A stretch of 64,000 bases of DNA from Verrucomicrobiota bacterium (GTDB lineage: Bacteria > Verrucomicrobiota > Verrucomicrobiia > JABWAM01): the NCBI GenBank assembly GCA_023269615.1, contig JAHFSY010000015.1, positions 1 to 64,000 on the forward strand. Reading direction: 5' to 3'. The position numbers were made by a program, and so were the translations under genes. Positions 1 to 9,782 of this stretch are shown one piece after another (the first letter of the stretch is position 1; each line of letters begins with the position of its first letter). Below the pieces are notes generated by a model. The model was not told where the DNA came from, did not search any database, and was given only the letters and a program-made list of their open reading frames with translations.

Positions 1-559
1 ACGCGGGTAACAGCATCACTTGTTGATAATCCGATTCGATGATCTTTCGCATCCCTCATTAATCATTCCATACCCAATGATGTCCAGTTCTGAGACAGCC
101 TCCAGAGCGTGTCCCTCCGTCATTCCGAGCCTCGCGCATGATCTCATATATGCGAATAAATATGTTTTTCCGGACTCCTCCCCGAGAGCGGAATCTCGAT
201 CCTGACAGGGGAGAGCCGGGATTTTACGGGCTGGCAAAAGACATCCCGATCTACTTGCAATTCAAGGAGATGCAAATGTACAGCCAGCCCGGGACGCGCC
301 AGGTCAATAATTTGCCAGCGTTTTGTGCGACGTCAAATTTTTTCGAAAAAGTATTTTTTTTCGTTTGACACGATCCCCGCAATTAACTACCCGTTGTACT
401 TAGTTCACAGACCAACCACGATGGGTGGTAGTTTGTGGCAGCCAGTTCCCGACCTGGGCCGGGGAAATCTGTCGCACCAAAGGCAGAAGCTGGAAATTTT
501 GGATAGGCGGAATACTGCAAATTTTGGTGGGTTTGCAACCAATTGATATACAACAGTTT

Positions 560-3466
560 ATGATAACCGATCAACCTTCCGGCCAGATGAGTCTCAGCGG
601 TGTGGATCCCCTGCATGCGGCGGAGTTTCACATCACCAAGCGCAACGGACGGCGTGATCTTTTCAACGAGGAGCGTATTTATCTGGCGATCGAGAGCGCT
701 TTCAAGGCGGAGGCTGGGGTGACGGATGCCCGCGAACTTTCAGCCGCCGAAGCCGAGCATGTGCGTGTCACGGGTGAGAAGGCGGTCAACCTTGCCCTGG
801 GCAAGCTGGTGCATGGTGAGCGGGTGCAGGTGGAGCAGATTCAGGACATCGTGGAGGCGCAGTTGATGGCCGATGGTCATCATTCGGTGGCACGCCGCTA
901 CATTTTGTATCGCGAGGAGCGCAAGAAGGCCCGCCTGACTCCCATCGCTCCCATGGCGGATGGGGTGCCTGCGGAGGCGGCTTCCAGGGAGGCAACGGCG
1001 GATGGTTTGGAACCTGTCCAGACTGCCGCCCCCGAGTTCATCACGCATCGTGATGGCTCGAAGCAACGATTCGACGCCGACCGCATCCTGCGCGCGGTGG
1101 AGAGCGCTTGCAAGGGATTCGAGGACAGGGTGTCTGCGAAGGAGATTGTCGCGGAGTCCATCAAGAATTTGTACGAGGGCGTCAGCTCGGCGGAAATTGA
1201 CAAGTCCAACATCATGGCCGCCCGCGCACGCATCGAGCGCGAGCCCGTCCACACGCACGTGGCTGCGCGCCTCCTGCTGCAGATCATTTACCGCGAGGCG
1301 CTGCCGCAGGGCGATGTCGCGCAGACGCACGCCGCTCATTTCAAGGATTATCTTGCCGAGGGCGTGAAGCTGGGCAGGCTTTCGAAGGACCTGCTTGATT
1401 TTGACCTCAAGAAAATCGCCGGCGCGATGAAGACCGAGCGCGACATGCAGTTCACGTACATGGGTCTGCAGACACTCTATGACCGCTACCTCATCCACCA
1501 GGGGCAGCGCCGCGTCGAGACGCCGCAATATTTCTGGATGCGTGTTTCCATGGGCCTCGCCTTGCGCGACAGCGCGCCGCGGGAGGATCGCGCGATCGAA
1601 TTTTACGACACGCTTTCACAGTTCCGCTTCATCTCGTCCACGCCCACGCTGTTCAATGCAGGCACCCTGCATCCGCAGCTGAGCTCCTGCTACCTTTCGA
1701 CGGTGATGGATGACCTCGATCATATTTTCAAGGTGGTGTCCGATGATGCCAAGCTTTCGAAGTGGGCGGGCGGACTTGGCAATGACTGGACGAACATCCG
1801 CGCCACGGGAGCCTACATCAAGGGCACCAACGGTGAAAGCCAGGGCGTGATTCCATTCCTCAAGGTGGCCAACGACACCGCGGTGGCTGTCAACCAGGGC
1901 GGAAAGCGCAAGGGCGCGATGTGCGCGTATCTTGAGACGTGGCACCTGGACATCGAGGATTTCATGGAGCTGCGCAAAAACACCGGCGACGAGCGCCGCC
2001 GCACGCACGACATGAACACGGCGAACTGGATCCCCGATCTCTTCATGAAACGCGTGGCTGCCAAGTCCCACTGGACGCTTTTCAGCCCGAGCGAGACGCC
2101 CGACCTGCATGATCTCTACGGCGCGGCCTTCGAGAAGCGTTATCACGAATATGAGGCGATGGCTGAGCGCGGCGAATTGCGTCAGGCCAAAAAGATCGAG
2201 GCGATTTCACTGTGGCGCAGGATGCTCTCGATGCTGTTTGAGACGGGGCATCCATGGATCACGTTCAAGGACCCATCCAACATCCGTTCGCCGCAGGACC
2301 ATGCCGGCGTGGTGCACAGCTCCAATCTTTGCACGGAAATCCTCCTCAACACGTCGAAGGACGAGACCGCGGTGTGCAATCTAGGCTCGGTGAACCTGCT
2401 CGCGCACACGACCGAGAAGGGACTCGACGAGAAGCTTGTTGCGAAGACCGTCAAGACGGCCATACGCATGCTCGACAACGTGATTGACATCAATTTTTAC
2501 CCGACGCCCGAGGCGCATGCGGCGAACATGCGGCATCGCCCTGTCGGGCTGGGCGTGATGGGATTCCAGGACGCGCTCTACAAATTGCGCATCAGCTACG
2601 CGAGCGAGAAGGCGGTGGAATTCGCCGACCGCAGCATGGAAATGATCTCCTACTACGCGATCCTGGCCTCGACGGAGCTTGCGAAGGAGCGGGGGCCGTA
2701 CCCGAGCTTCCCCGGCTCAAAGTGGGACAAGGGCCTGCTGCCGATTGACACGCTGGATATTCTTGCGCGCGAGCGCGGCGGATTCTTTTTCGTGGACCGT
2801 TCCACCTCGATGGATTGGACCGTCGTCCGCAAGGCGCTGAAAAAGCACGGCATGCGCAACAGCAACACGATGGCGATCGCGCCGACGGCCACGATCTCAA
2901 ACATCACCGGCGTGGCGCAATCCATCGAGCCCACGTACAAGCATCTCTTCGCCAAGTCGAATCTCTCGGGCGAATTCGCGACCCTGAACACCTTCCTTTT
3001 CGAAGACCTCAAGGCGCTCAACCTATGGGACGCGGAGATGATCGACGACCTCAAGCATTTCGACGGAACGATCATGGACATCGAGCGCATTCCGCTCGAG
3101 CTCAAGGAGATTTACGTGACGGCGTTTGAGATGGATCCCAAGTGGCTCATCGAGTGCGCGAGCCGCCGCCAGAAGTGGATTGATATGGGCCAGTCTCTGA
3201 ATTTGTATCTCGCCGCGCCCAGCGGAAAGAAGCTGCACGACATGTATTTTCTGGCGTGGGAAAAGGGGCTCAAGACGACCTACTATTTGCGCACCCTCGC
3301 TGCGACGCAGATTGAGAAATCCACCATGGACGTCAACCGCCGCGGCATCCAGCCGCGCTGGATGAAAAACAAGTCCGCGTCCAGCAACATCGCCGTGCAG
3401 CGCGTCCCCTCGCCGCAGCCCAAGGCGTGCAGTCTCGAGGATCCCACGTGCGAAAGCTGCCAATAA
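560..3466 (+). CDS. nrdA: Class Ia ribonucleoside-diphosphate reductase alpha subunit with N-terminal ATP-cone(s)
   Basis: ORF 425-3466. Internal ATG at 560 chosen as start. ATP-cone motifs ([24 protein letters not shown]; [22 protein letters not shown]). Catalytic-site NLCTEI motif and C-terminal CESC redox tail. The overall layout parallels E. coli NrdA. Confidence 0.9.
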   Translation: MITDQPSGQMSLSGVDPLHAAEFHITKRNGRRDLFNEERIYLAIESAFKAEAGVTDARELSAAEAEHVRVTGEKAVNLALGKLVHGERVQVEQIQDIVEAQLMADGHHSVARRYILYREERKKARLTPIAPMADGVPAEAASREATADGLEPVQTAAPEFITHRDGSKQRFDADRILRAVESACKGFEDRVSAKEIVAESIKNLYEGVSSAEIDKSNIMAARARIEREPVHTHVAARLLLQIIYREALPQGDVAQTHAAHFKDYLAEGVKLGRLSKDLLDFDLKKIAGAMKTERDMQFTYMGLQTLYDRYLIHQGQRRVETPQYFWMRVSMGLALRDSAPREDRAIEFYDTLSQFRFISSTPTLFNAGTLHPQLSSCYLSTVMDDLDHIFKVVSDDAKLSKWAGGLGNDWTNIRATGAYIKGTNGESQGVIPFLKVANDTAVAVNQGGKRKGAMCAYLETWHLDIEDFMELRKNTGDERRRTHDMNTANWIPDLFMKRVAAKSHWTLFSPSETPDLHDLYGAAFEKRYHEYEAMAERGELRQAKKIEAISLWRRMLSMLFETGHPWITFKDPSNIRSPQDHAGVVHSSNLCTEILLNTSKDETAVCNLGSVNLLAHTTEKGLDEKLVAKTVKTAIRMLDNVIDINFYPTPEAHAANMRHRPVGLGVMGFQDALYKLRISYASEKAVEFADRSMEMISYYAILASTELAKERGPYPSFPGSKWDKGLLPIDTLDILARERGGFFFVDRSTSMDWTVVRKALKKHGMRNSNTMAIAPTATISNITGVAQSIEPTYKHLFAKSNLSGEFATLNTFLFEDLKALNLWDAEMIDDLKHFDGTIMDIERIPLELKEIYVTAFEMDPKWLIECASRRQKWIDMGQSLNLYLAAPSGKKLHDMYFLAWEKGLKTTYYLRTLAATQIEKSTMDVNRRGIQPRWMKNKSASSNIAVQRVPSPQPKACSLEDPTCESCQ

Positions 3467-3515
3467 ATTTCCTGCCGATCTTTCGTTTTTTAAAACTTCA
3501 ACACTCACAAAACCT

Positions 3516-4580
3516 ATGGCCTGCTGCACCGTTGCCGAAACTCCCGCCGAACTTCACGACCTCACCAAGCGTCTCAATCCCCAGGACAAAAGCCTGATCA
3601 ACTGTCGCGCGGCGGACGTCAACCAGCTCATGCCGCTGAAATACAGCTGGGCATGGGAACATTATCTCAACGGCTGTGCCAACCACTGGATGCCCACCGA
3701 GGTGGCGATGGGGCGCGACATTGAACTGTGGAAATCAAACAAGCTCACCGATGCCGAGCGGCACGTCATCATGCGCAACCTCGGATTTTTCAGCACGGCC
3801 GAAAGCCTCGTCGGCAACAATATCGTGCTCGCCATCTTCAAGCACCTCACCAATCCCGAGGCGCGCCAGTACCTGCTGCGACAGGGCTTCGAGGAAGCCA
3901 TTCACACCCACACGTTCCATTACATTGTCGAATCCCTTTCGCTCGACCAGCGGGAGGTCTTCAACATGTACCACGAGGTCAATTCCATTCATGACAAGGA
4001 TGTCTTCGAGATCGCTCTTACGGAAGACCTGATGAAACCTGAGTTTACGACGGAAACCTTCGAGGGCAAACAGAAGTTCCTTGAAAATCTCGTCGGCTTC
4101 TACGTCATCATGGAGGGCATCTTTTTCTACAGCGGCTTCGTGATGATCCTCTCGTTTCACCGGCAGAACAAGATGACGGGCATCGGCGAGCAGTTCCAAT
4201 ACATCATGCGCGACGAGACGGTTCACCTGAACTTCGGCATTGATCTGATCAACACGCTCAAGGAGGAGAACCCTGAGATCTGGACAAAGGGTTTTCAGGA
4301 CACCCTCGTGGCGAAAATTCGCGAGGCCGTGGAACTCGAAATCACTTACGCGGAGGATTGCCTGCCCCAGGGGATTCTTGGATTGAACGCGTCCCTCTTC
4401 CGCGACTACGTGCAGCACATCGCCGACCGCCGCCTCGAGCGCATCGGCCTCCCGGTCCAGTACGGTTCGCGCAACCCTTTCCCATGGATGAGCGAGACGA
4501 TTGACCTCGGAAAGGAAAAGAATTTCTTCGAGACCCGCGTCACCGAGTACCAGACCTCCGGCGCGCTGAGCTGGGAGTAA
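3516..4580 (+). CDS. nrdB: Ribonucleotide reductase beta subunit (di-iron/tyrosyl radical)
   Basis: Lies 50 bp downstream of nrdA. Carries the EEAIHTHTF and [12 protein letters not shown] motifs typical of R2 proteins. Confidence 0.9.
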   Translation: MACCTVAETPAELHDLTKRLNPQDKSLINCRAADVNQLMPLKYSWAWEHYLNGCANHWMPTEVAMGRDIELWKSNKLTDAERHVIMRNLGFFSTAESLVGNNIVLAIFKHLTNPEARQYLLRQGFEEAIHTHTFHYIVESLSLDQREVFNMYHEVNSIHDKDVFEIALTEDLMKPEFTTETFEGKQKFLENLVGFYVIMEGIFFYSGFVMILSFHRQNKMTGIGEQFQYIMRDETVHLNFGIDLINTLKEENPEIWTKGFQDTLVAKIREAVELEITYAEDCLPQGILGLNASLFRDYVQHIADRRLERIGLPVQYGSRNPFPWMSETIDLGKEKNFFETRVTEYQTSGALSWE

Positions 4581-4582
4581 GG

Positions 4583-4740
4583 AAAGCTGCTGGCTTCTGG
4601 CTTCTAGCCACTAGAACTGATGTGTGACCCACGAGAAATCGTCTGGTTGAACGAATGGCTCCGTATAAGTGAAACGGCGATCTTCTTTCCTATAGTGAGC
4701 AATCCGTCCCAGCAGCTAGTGGCTAGAAGCTAGCAGCTCC
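4583..4740. repeat. Long imperfect inverted repeat between nrdB and dcd (about 22-28 bp arms around a 100-bp spacer)
   Basis: gctgctggcttctggcttctagccactag ... ctagtggctagaagctagcagc can be read directly in the sequence. Could be a terminator, attenuator or small palindromic element. Confidence 0.4.
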
Positions 4741-4746
4741 CCTCCC

Positions 4747-5301
4747 ATGAGCCTCCTCCCCGACCACTGGATTGAGCGCCTGGTAAAGAGCCATCGCATG
4801 ATCGAGCCTTTCGCCCGCAGGCAAGTTCGCAAGGGTTGCATCAGCTATGGCGTGTCGTCCTACGGCTACGACCTTCGCGTGGCGGATGAGTTCAAGGTCT
4901 TCACCAACGTGCACGGTGTGCTGGTGGATCCCAAGAAATTTAATCCGCGCTCCTTTGTCGAGATCAAGGCCGGGGAATGCATCGTGCCGCCGAACAGCTT
5001 TGCGCTCGCGCGCAGCGTGGAATATTTCCGCATCCCGCGCAACATCCTTACGCTGTGCGTCGGCAAATCCACCTACGCGCGTTGCGGGATCATCGTCAAT
5101 GTGACCCCCTTCGAGCCGGAGTGGGAGGGGCAGGTGACCCTCGAAATTTCAAACACCACGCCGTTGCCTGCCAAAATCTACGCCAATGAAGGCATCGCCC
5201 AGGTGCTCTTCTTCGAGGGAAAAGAGGAATGCCGCGTCTCGTACAAGGACCGCAAGGGCAAGTACCAGGGCCAGCGCGGAATCACCGTGCCCAAACTCTA
5301 A
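4747..5301 (+). CDS. dcd: dCTP deaminase
   Basis: N-terminus [12 protein letters not shown]...SYGYDLRV and the overall 184-aa length match the Dcd family. Confidence 0.9.
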   Translation: MSLLPDHWIERLVKSHRMIEPFARRQVRKGCISYGVSSYGYDLRVADEFKVFTNVHGVLVDPKKFNPRSFVEIKAGECIVPPNSFALARSVEYFRIPRNILTLCVGKSTYARCGIIVNVTPFEPEWEGQVTLEISNTTPLPAKIYANEGIAQVLFFEGKEECRVSYKDRKGKYQGQRGITVPKL

Positions 5302-5305
5302 TTTT

Positions 5306-5418
5306 TGTAGGAGCCGCTGTCAGCGGCGATTTCCGCACCGACCTATCCCGCCCGCCTGCGTGGCCGTAGCCACTTCGGCGTGGCGAAGGCCCGGTCGCCG
5401 CTGACAGCGGCTCCTACA
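5306..5418. repeat. REP-like palindromic element, family A
   Basis: Terminal inverted repeat tgtaggagccgctgtcagcggcga / tcgccgctgacagcggctcctaca. Related copies at 30943-31053 and 58535-58622, and a half copy at 17164-17190. Confidence 0.65.
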
Positions 5419-5495
5419 TTTCGAAATTACATATGCAAATGGGAGCCCCCGGCCCCCTGCGGCGCTTCGCAGAAGCGCCTCTACATCCCGACACT

Positions 5496-6191
5496 TCAAC
5501 TTTTGCCCTTTGCCTCTTGCCCTTTGCCTTTTGCCTTCACGTCCGATTTCTCCGCATCCGCCGCGCGCCAGAGATACCAGGCCGCGAGCGTGCGATGGGG
5601 CGCCCAGCGTTTGGAATGCTCTCGAAGCACGGACGGCTTGGGCATGTCGTCAAGTTTCATCGCGACGCGGAAACCGTTGCGCACGCCAAAGTCATCGCAG
5701 GGGAACACATCCTTCCGCCCCAATGTGAAGATGAGGAGCATTTCCACCGTCCAGCGGCCCACGCCATGAACCTCGATGAGGCGGGCGATGAGTTCATCGT
5801 CGCTTAGCTTTATCGCTTTCGCACGGGTGGGCACCAGGCCGCTTTGAGTTTTCTCCGCAATGTCGCGAATCGCCCGGATTTTTCCAAAGGAGAATCCGGC
5901 GCTGCGCAACTTTTTGTCGCTCGCCGTCATGATGTGCGCTGGTTTTGGGAAGCGCGTGCCGGGGAACAACGCCTTGAATCGACGCAGGATGGACTGGGCC
6001 GCCTTGCCGTTGAGCTGCTGATGCGCGACTGCGTTGACGAGAGCCTCATAAGGCGAGCGCTTCTCGGCGACGAGATCGCACGGCCCATGCGTCTTGATGA
6101 GGCGGCGCATGATCTTGCAGCGGTTCGAAAGATGGGATTCAGCTTTGGAGGACATCTGCGACTTAAACCACAGGCGTCCGGAAATCACCAC
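5496..6191 (-). CDS. HhH-GPD family DNA glycosylase (3-methyladenine glycosylase II / AlkA-like)
   Basis: Helix-hairpin-helix GPD motif region HGVGRWTVEMLLIFTLGRKDVFPCDDFGVRNG. The true start may be internal, possibly near 6110. Confidence 0.75.
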   Translation of the reverse strand: MVISGRLWFKSQMSSKAESHLSNRCKIMRRLIKTHGPCDLVAEKRSPYEALVNAVAHQQLNGKAAQSILRRFKALFPGTRFPKPAHIMTASDKKLRSAGFSFGKIRAIRDIAEKTQSGLVPTRAKAIKLSDDELIARLIEVHGVGRWTVEMLLIFTLGRKDVFPCDDFGVRNGFRVAMKLDDMPKPSVLREHSKRWAPHRTLAAWYLWRAADAEKSDVKAKGKGQEAKGKS

Positions 6192-6234
6192 CTTGATCTG
6201 TTCCCTTCGTTGCGCTCAACGGGTGAGGTCGTCG

Positions 6235-6510
6235 CTACTTCTTTTTCATGGAGTTGATCCACTCCTCCATGTCCGCCGTCTTCTTCTTCATATTGTCCAA
6301 ACTCGGTTCCTCAACAAGCGGTTCGATGGTGATTTTAACAACCTCAAATTGAGTGCCAGGAGGGTGTCCCTCCACCTGCTCGACGGCATTCAGGGCCTTG
6401 ACCTGCCGCTCCGCCTCCTCAAGAAGGGTATTCAGATGTTTGAAATCCGGAACATTCTTTCCCACGGCCCTCAATCCGTAAAGGATCACTCTCCTGACAG
6501 AAGTGCTCAT
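6235..6510 (-). CDS. Hypothetical small protein
   Basis: The track ORF 6235-6774 runs upstream into a MITE copy. Its N-terminal about 88 aa are MITE-derived, so I trimmed the gene to the internal Met (MSTSVRRVILYG...). No recognisable domain. Confidence 0.3.
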   Translation of the reverse strand: MSTSVRRVILYGLRAVGKNVPDFKHLNTLLEEAERQVKALNAVEQVEGHPPGTQFEVVKITIEPLVEEPSLDNMKKKTADMEEWINSMKKK

Positions 6511-6561
6511 GGTGACAACATACGCCCCTTGCAGACCCTCGTCAACCACGCCTCCCCAAGC

Positions 6562-6695
6562 CTTACGCATTTGGAGTGGGCGTGGAATTGCTGTTGGCGG
6601 CCTTGTGTCTTTTGCGCCTCTTTGCGGCCAATCATTGCGCTCGATGCTTGGGAATATGGCCACGAAGAGGCACAAGAAGCGCAAGAATGACGAGC
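6562..6695. mobile_element. MITE-like element, family C, copy 1 (right end truncated or diverged)
   Basis: Left TIR cttacgcatttgga. Internal palindrome ttgtgcctctttgcggcca / tggccac(g/a)aa(g/a)aggcacaa. Aligns with the copies at 7726-7888 and 28274-28437. Confidence 0.6.
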
Positions 6696-6737
6696 TGCCC
6701 GTGTGCGAACGACCTTGGGCGTGACGCGGGAACCGCT

Positions 6738-7136
6738 TCAATATTGATGGTAAATCTTGCTTACAATTTTCCATCCGTCGCCAAATTTGTATAAAAACTG
6801 GTAATCCAGGTAGGCAAGCTTGGTGCCTACATAAAATTCGAATTTGGCAACGGCGGCCTTGCCAGTGACATCCACCATCAGAAATTTGATGGATACACGA
6901 TCATCCTCCTTCCGTGGAAGTTTACCCGCGTCCTTGCTTGATTTAACCGCTTCCTTCCATGCGGGTAAGGAATACTTTTGCATCTCGCTTCCATTTCCCG
7001 GGATGAGAAGTTCGAAGCCGGGATGCATGCCCTGGTCGATCTTAGAAAAATCGCCTTCGTTTTGAAGCCCCTCGACATAGGCCGTTTGGATCGTTTTTTT
7101 GATCAGCTCAACTTCAGCCTTTTCGGTGTCATTCAC
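6738..7136 (-). CDS. NTF2-like/SnoaL-like small protein (putative lumazine-binding family)
   Basis: A 132-aa protein whose composition and length fit the NTF2-like fold (VDVTGKAAVAKFEFYVG...WKIVSKIYH). Family assignment is by resemblance only. Confidence 0.45.
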   Translation of the reverse strand: MNDTEKAEVELIKKTIQTAYVEGLQNEGDFSKIDQGMHPGFELLIPGNGSEMQKYSLPAWKEAVKSSKDAGKLPRKEDDRVSIKFLMVDVTGKAAVAKFEFYVGTKLAYLDYQFLYKFGDGWKIVSKIYHQY

Positions 7137-7144
7137 GGTGTTGG

Positions 7145-7648
7145 TTATTTGGAGGGTGGAGCGACTTGAGACTTCTTGTCTTCATTTCTGATATACGGCC
7201 ATTCGGTGATTTTCCCGCGTGTATCAACCACACGCACGCCCGCGTGATGTGAACCGTCGTTGGGAAGTGTCGCCTCACGTCTGTAAATATATAAGTGCAA
7301 ACCGAAATCATCAAATCCTCCAGTCCAGTTCATCCATATACAGTCGTCGTCAACCCAGACATAATATGGATTCAGCGAAACCAGTTGTGCTGGCCATTGT
7401 TTGCGATCTATCGCCGTATTCGACGGTTTGATTGTCTTGTATAAATTAACGCAACTCTCAAAGAGATCGCGCCAATCCTCAGGACGGTATGCCGTCATGA
7501 TTTGAGTGGCTTGCTGAATTTTCTTCTCATGAAGCGCATTGCTAGAAGCAAATGTGAGCCACGCCATTCCTACTCGTGCAACAAAAACAAATACGCACAA
7601 AATCAAAAGACTCCCACCTGCGAACGCCAAAATCTTTAGAGTTTTCAC
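7145..7648 (-). CDS. Hypothetical membrane-anchored protein (low-GC gene)
   Basis: N-terminal TM helix (ILAFAGGSLLILCVFVFVA). GC is around 45%, well below the flanking sequence. Confidence 0.45.
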   Translation of the reverse strand: MKTLKILAFAGGSLLILCVFVFVARVGMAWLTFASSNALHEKKIQQATQIMTAYRPEDWRDLFESCVNLYKTIKPSNTAIDRKQWPAQLVSLNPYYVWVDDDCIWMNWTGGFDDFGLHLYIYRREATLPNDGSHHAGVRVVDTRGKITEWPYIRNEDKKSQVAPPSK

Positions 7649-7725
7649 AAATCGAACCGTTCCTACTTTAGGTCCATCAGCCCCTTTTCACAACTAGGAT
7701 CTCAAGCTCTTTATGTCCATCAGGG

Positions 7726-7888
7726 CTTACGCATTTGGACTCAGAGGTTCTTCCAAATCTGGATGCGGGGTGGTTGCCTTGTGCTTTTTGTGCCTCTTTG
7801 CGGCCAATCCGTCTGCTCGGCACGCGGAAAATGGCCACAAAAAGGCACAAGAGGCACAAAAATGACGAGCCGATTCCAAATGCGTAAG
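7726..7888. mobile_element. MITE-like element, family C, copy 2 (complete, about 163 bp)
   Basis: TIRs cagggcttacgcatttgga / tccaaatgcgtaagccctg with an internal palindromic core. An additional solo TIR fragment (caaatgcgtaagccctgtta) sits at 8065-8084. Confidence 0.65.
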
Positions 7889-8126
7889 CCCTGTTATGTC
7901 CATCTGGACATCTGTCGCAATTTCAAATTTTATGCATGTGCTCGTAAGAGTAACTAGGGTTGCCGATCGCCGTAGACGCCCCTGTTGCGTTGCGCAACAT
8001 AAGGCGTCGGAGGCGCTCGGCAACCCCTTCGCCCATCGATCAACCTGAGTCGTTGCCGCTTTTTCAAATGCGTAAGCCCTGTTAAGAACTTGAACTGACC
8101 CTGTCCTGTGGATAGACAGATGGGAC

Positions 8127-8831
8127 GTGCACATTTCCGTCGTCATCCCGGCCTACAATGAGGAGAAGACCATTGCGATGGTGATCCAGCGGGTGCTTGA
8201 CGCGCGTCTTGCTCCGCACCAGTGGGACATTCTTGTTGTGGATGATGGCTCGACGGATCACACGGCGGAGAAGGTGCAACCGTTTGCCAAGGACGTGCGT
8301 TTTTTTCAACACCCGCACAATCAAGGGAAAGGTCATGCCTTGCGGACGGCTTTTGCCGAGGCGCGGGGCGAGGCGGTGATCATTCAGGACGCCGACCTCG
8401 AATATGACCCGCGGGAATATTCACGTCTGATTGGGCCCATCGTGGATGGGCAGGCGGATGTGGTGTATGGGTCGCGCTTCCAGGGCGGGGATTGTCATCG
8501 CATCCTCTACTTCTGGCATTCGTTCGGGAACCGGCTGCTCACGATTTTTTCCAACATGGCGACGAACCTGAACCTCAGCGACATGGAGACCGGGTTCAAG
8601 GTGGTGCGCGCGGATTTTCTGAAGAAGATCACGATCGAGGAGAACGGCTTTGGAATCGAGCCCGAGCTCACGGCCAAACTCGCCTTGCTGTGCGCGAGAT
8701 TTTACGAGGTGGGCATCAGCTATCACGGGCGCACGTATGAGGAGGGGAAAAAAATCACGTGGCAGGATGGGGTGATTGCGATCTGGTGCATTTTCAAATA
8801 TGGAATCCTGCGGCGTCTGACGGGCGGGTGA
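8127..8831 (+). CDS. Family 2 glycosyltransferase (DPM1-like)
   Basis: VVIPAYNEE ... DDGSTDHT ... IIQDADLEYDP motifs (DxD). Confidence 0.8.
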   Translation: MHISVVIPAYNEEKTIAMVIQRVLDARLAPHQWDILVVDDGSTDHTAEKVQPFAKDVRFFQHPHNQGKGHALRTAFAEARGEAVIIQDADLEYDPREYSRLIGPIVDGQADVVYGSRFQGGDCHRILYFWHSFGNRLLTIFSNMATNLNLSDMETGFKVVRADFLKKITIEENGFGIEPELTAKLALLCARFYEVGISYHGRTYEEGKKITWQDGVIAIWCIFKYGILRRLTGG

Positions 8832-8861
8832 TTTTTTTAACAACGGATGGGCACGGATCGG

Positions 8862-9040
8862 ATTTTTGACAGGATTGCATGATTGTTCCAGAATTTACAG
8901 GATTTCGGACCGCAAACCCTGCTCCGCGCACTGGATATCGGGACGCTGACGTCCCGATATCCAGTGCGCGGAGCGAGCCTCTTTTCTGAATCCTGCAAAA
9001 TCCCGTAAATCCTGTCAAAAAAATCCCCGTTGGCCGGGGC
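8862..9040. repeat. Iteron-like (a)caggat(t) octamer repeats plus a perfect 22-bp-arm palindrome
   Basis: tttttgacaggattgcat ... tttacaggatttcgg, with an inverted copy at 8985-9036. The palindrome is ccgcgcactggatatcgggacg ctga cgtcccgatatccagtgcgcgg. Confidence 0.55.
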
Positions 9041-9046
9041 ATCTGT

Positions 9047-9403
9047 CTAATCGTTGATCCCGATGGACAGGGCGGGTTCTTCGGGGAGCGGTTCAGCTTT
9101 TGGCTTTGCCGCGGTTGCCACGTATGCCTGGCGCGGGTGGTTGGGCTCGCCTGCGTGCGCGAAGCGGATTCGTCCCTCTGCCAGGAGTCGCTTGATGGAT
9201 GTGTTTTGGAGATAGACTGGTGAACGGTTCAACACGCCGGCCATTTCGCGAAGCCCCCATGCGCCGCAACCGCACAGCTCTTCGATCACGGAATCGAGTT
9301 CATGAGGCAGCAACCGCCGGTCAAGCCCTTCCAGCTTCCGCAAAAGAGGTTTGCTCAATCGCGCCTGTGACTTTTCAGCCATTCGAGTGTTCTTGCCGGG
9401 CAT
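9047..9403 (-). CDS. Hypothetical small protein bracketed by iteron-like repeats
   Basis: A 118-aa ORF with no recognisable domain. It is flanked on both sides by acaggatt repeat clusters. Confidence 0.35.
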   Translation of the reverse strand: MPGKNTRMAEKSQARLSKPLLRKLEGLDRRLLPHELDSVIEELCGCGAWGLREMAGVLNRSPVYLQNTSIKRLLAEGRIRFAHAGEPNHPRQAYVATAAKPKAEPLPEEPALSIGIND

Positions 9404-9480
9404 GAGATAATTTCAAAAGACCTACGTAGGTAGTTCTTCCAGGACAATCAAGTCTCCTGTCGGGCCCTTTTGCCCTTTGG

Positions 9481-9600
9481 AAATTTTTTTTGACAGGATT
9501 TACAGGATGAACAGGATTTCGGAAGAGTGAGGATTTGGCCGGATTGAACAGGATTGCATTTTTCACGCAGCGCCTGCTGCGTGAAAAATACGGCATTTTC
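9481..9600. repeat. Iteron-like acaggat(t) repeat cluster followed by a stem-loop
   Basis: tttttgacaggatttacaggatgaacaggatttcgg...gaacaggattgcat, then the hairpin ttttcacgcagcgcctgctgcgtgaaaa. Confidence 0.55.
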
Positions 9601-9690
9601 CGAACTTTGCGGTTTTGCGAATTTGCGTGAAACGTCCCCCCATCCGGTCGCGGTCAATTTTTCAGCCGCACACTTCAACTTTTTGTCTTT

Positions 9691-9721
9691 CTTCATCCCT
9701 CATCCCTCATCCTTCATCCTT
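9691..9721. repeat. Heptanucleotide tandem array (ctcatcc / ggatgag units)
   Basis: cttcatccctcatccctcatccttcatcc, 60 bp upstream of glgC. The same unit recurs inside mutL at 17773-17800. Confidence 0.7.
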
Positions 9722-9782
9722 CGCCGTCCCCGGCTCTTTCTCGTTGAATCACCTCCTCGGATATTTTATACGGCAATGACGT

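Noticed and set aside
1-424. Small ORFs (16-237 minus, 138-368 plus) and a possible NrdR box upstream of nrdA
   Set aside because: The ORFs have no recognisable features and overlap each other. I could not find a convincing NrdR-box-like palindrome.
740-1528. 262-aa ORF antisense to nrdA (and similar long antisense ORFs: 12727-13722, 16352-16894, 17840-19051, 19128-20147, 21541-22398, 27180-28247, 48026-50125, 50397-51425, 51657-52553)
   Set aside because: Each lies fully inside and opposite a gene with strong family motifs. High GC suppresses stop codons in non-coding frames, and none shows recognisable protein motifs.
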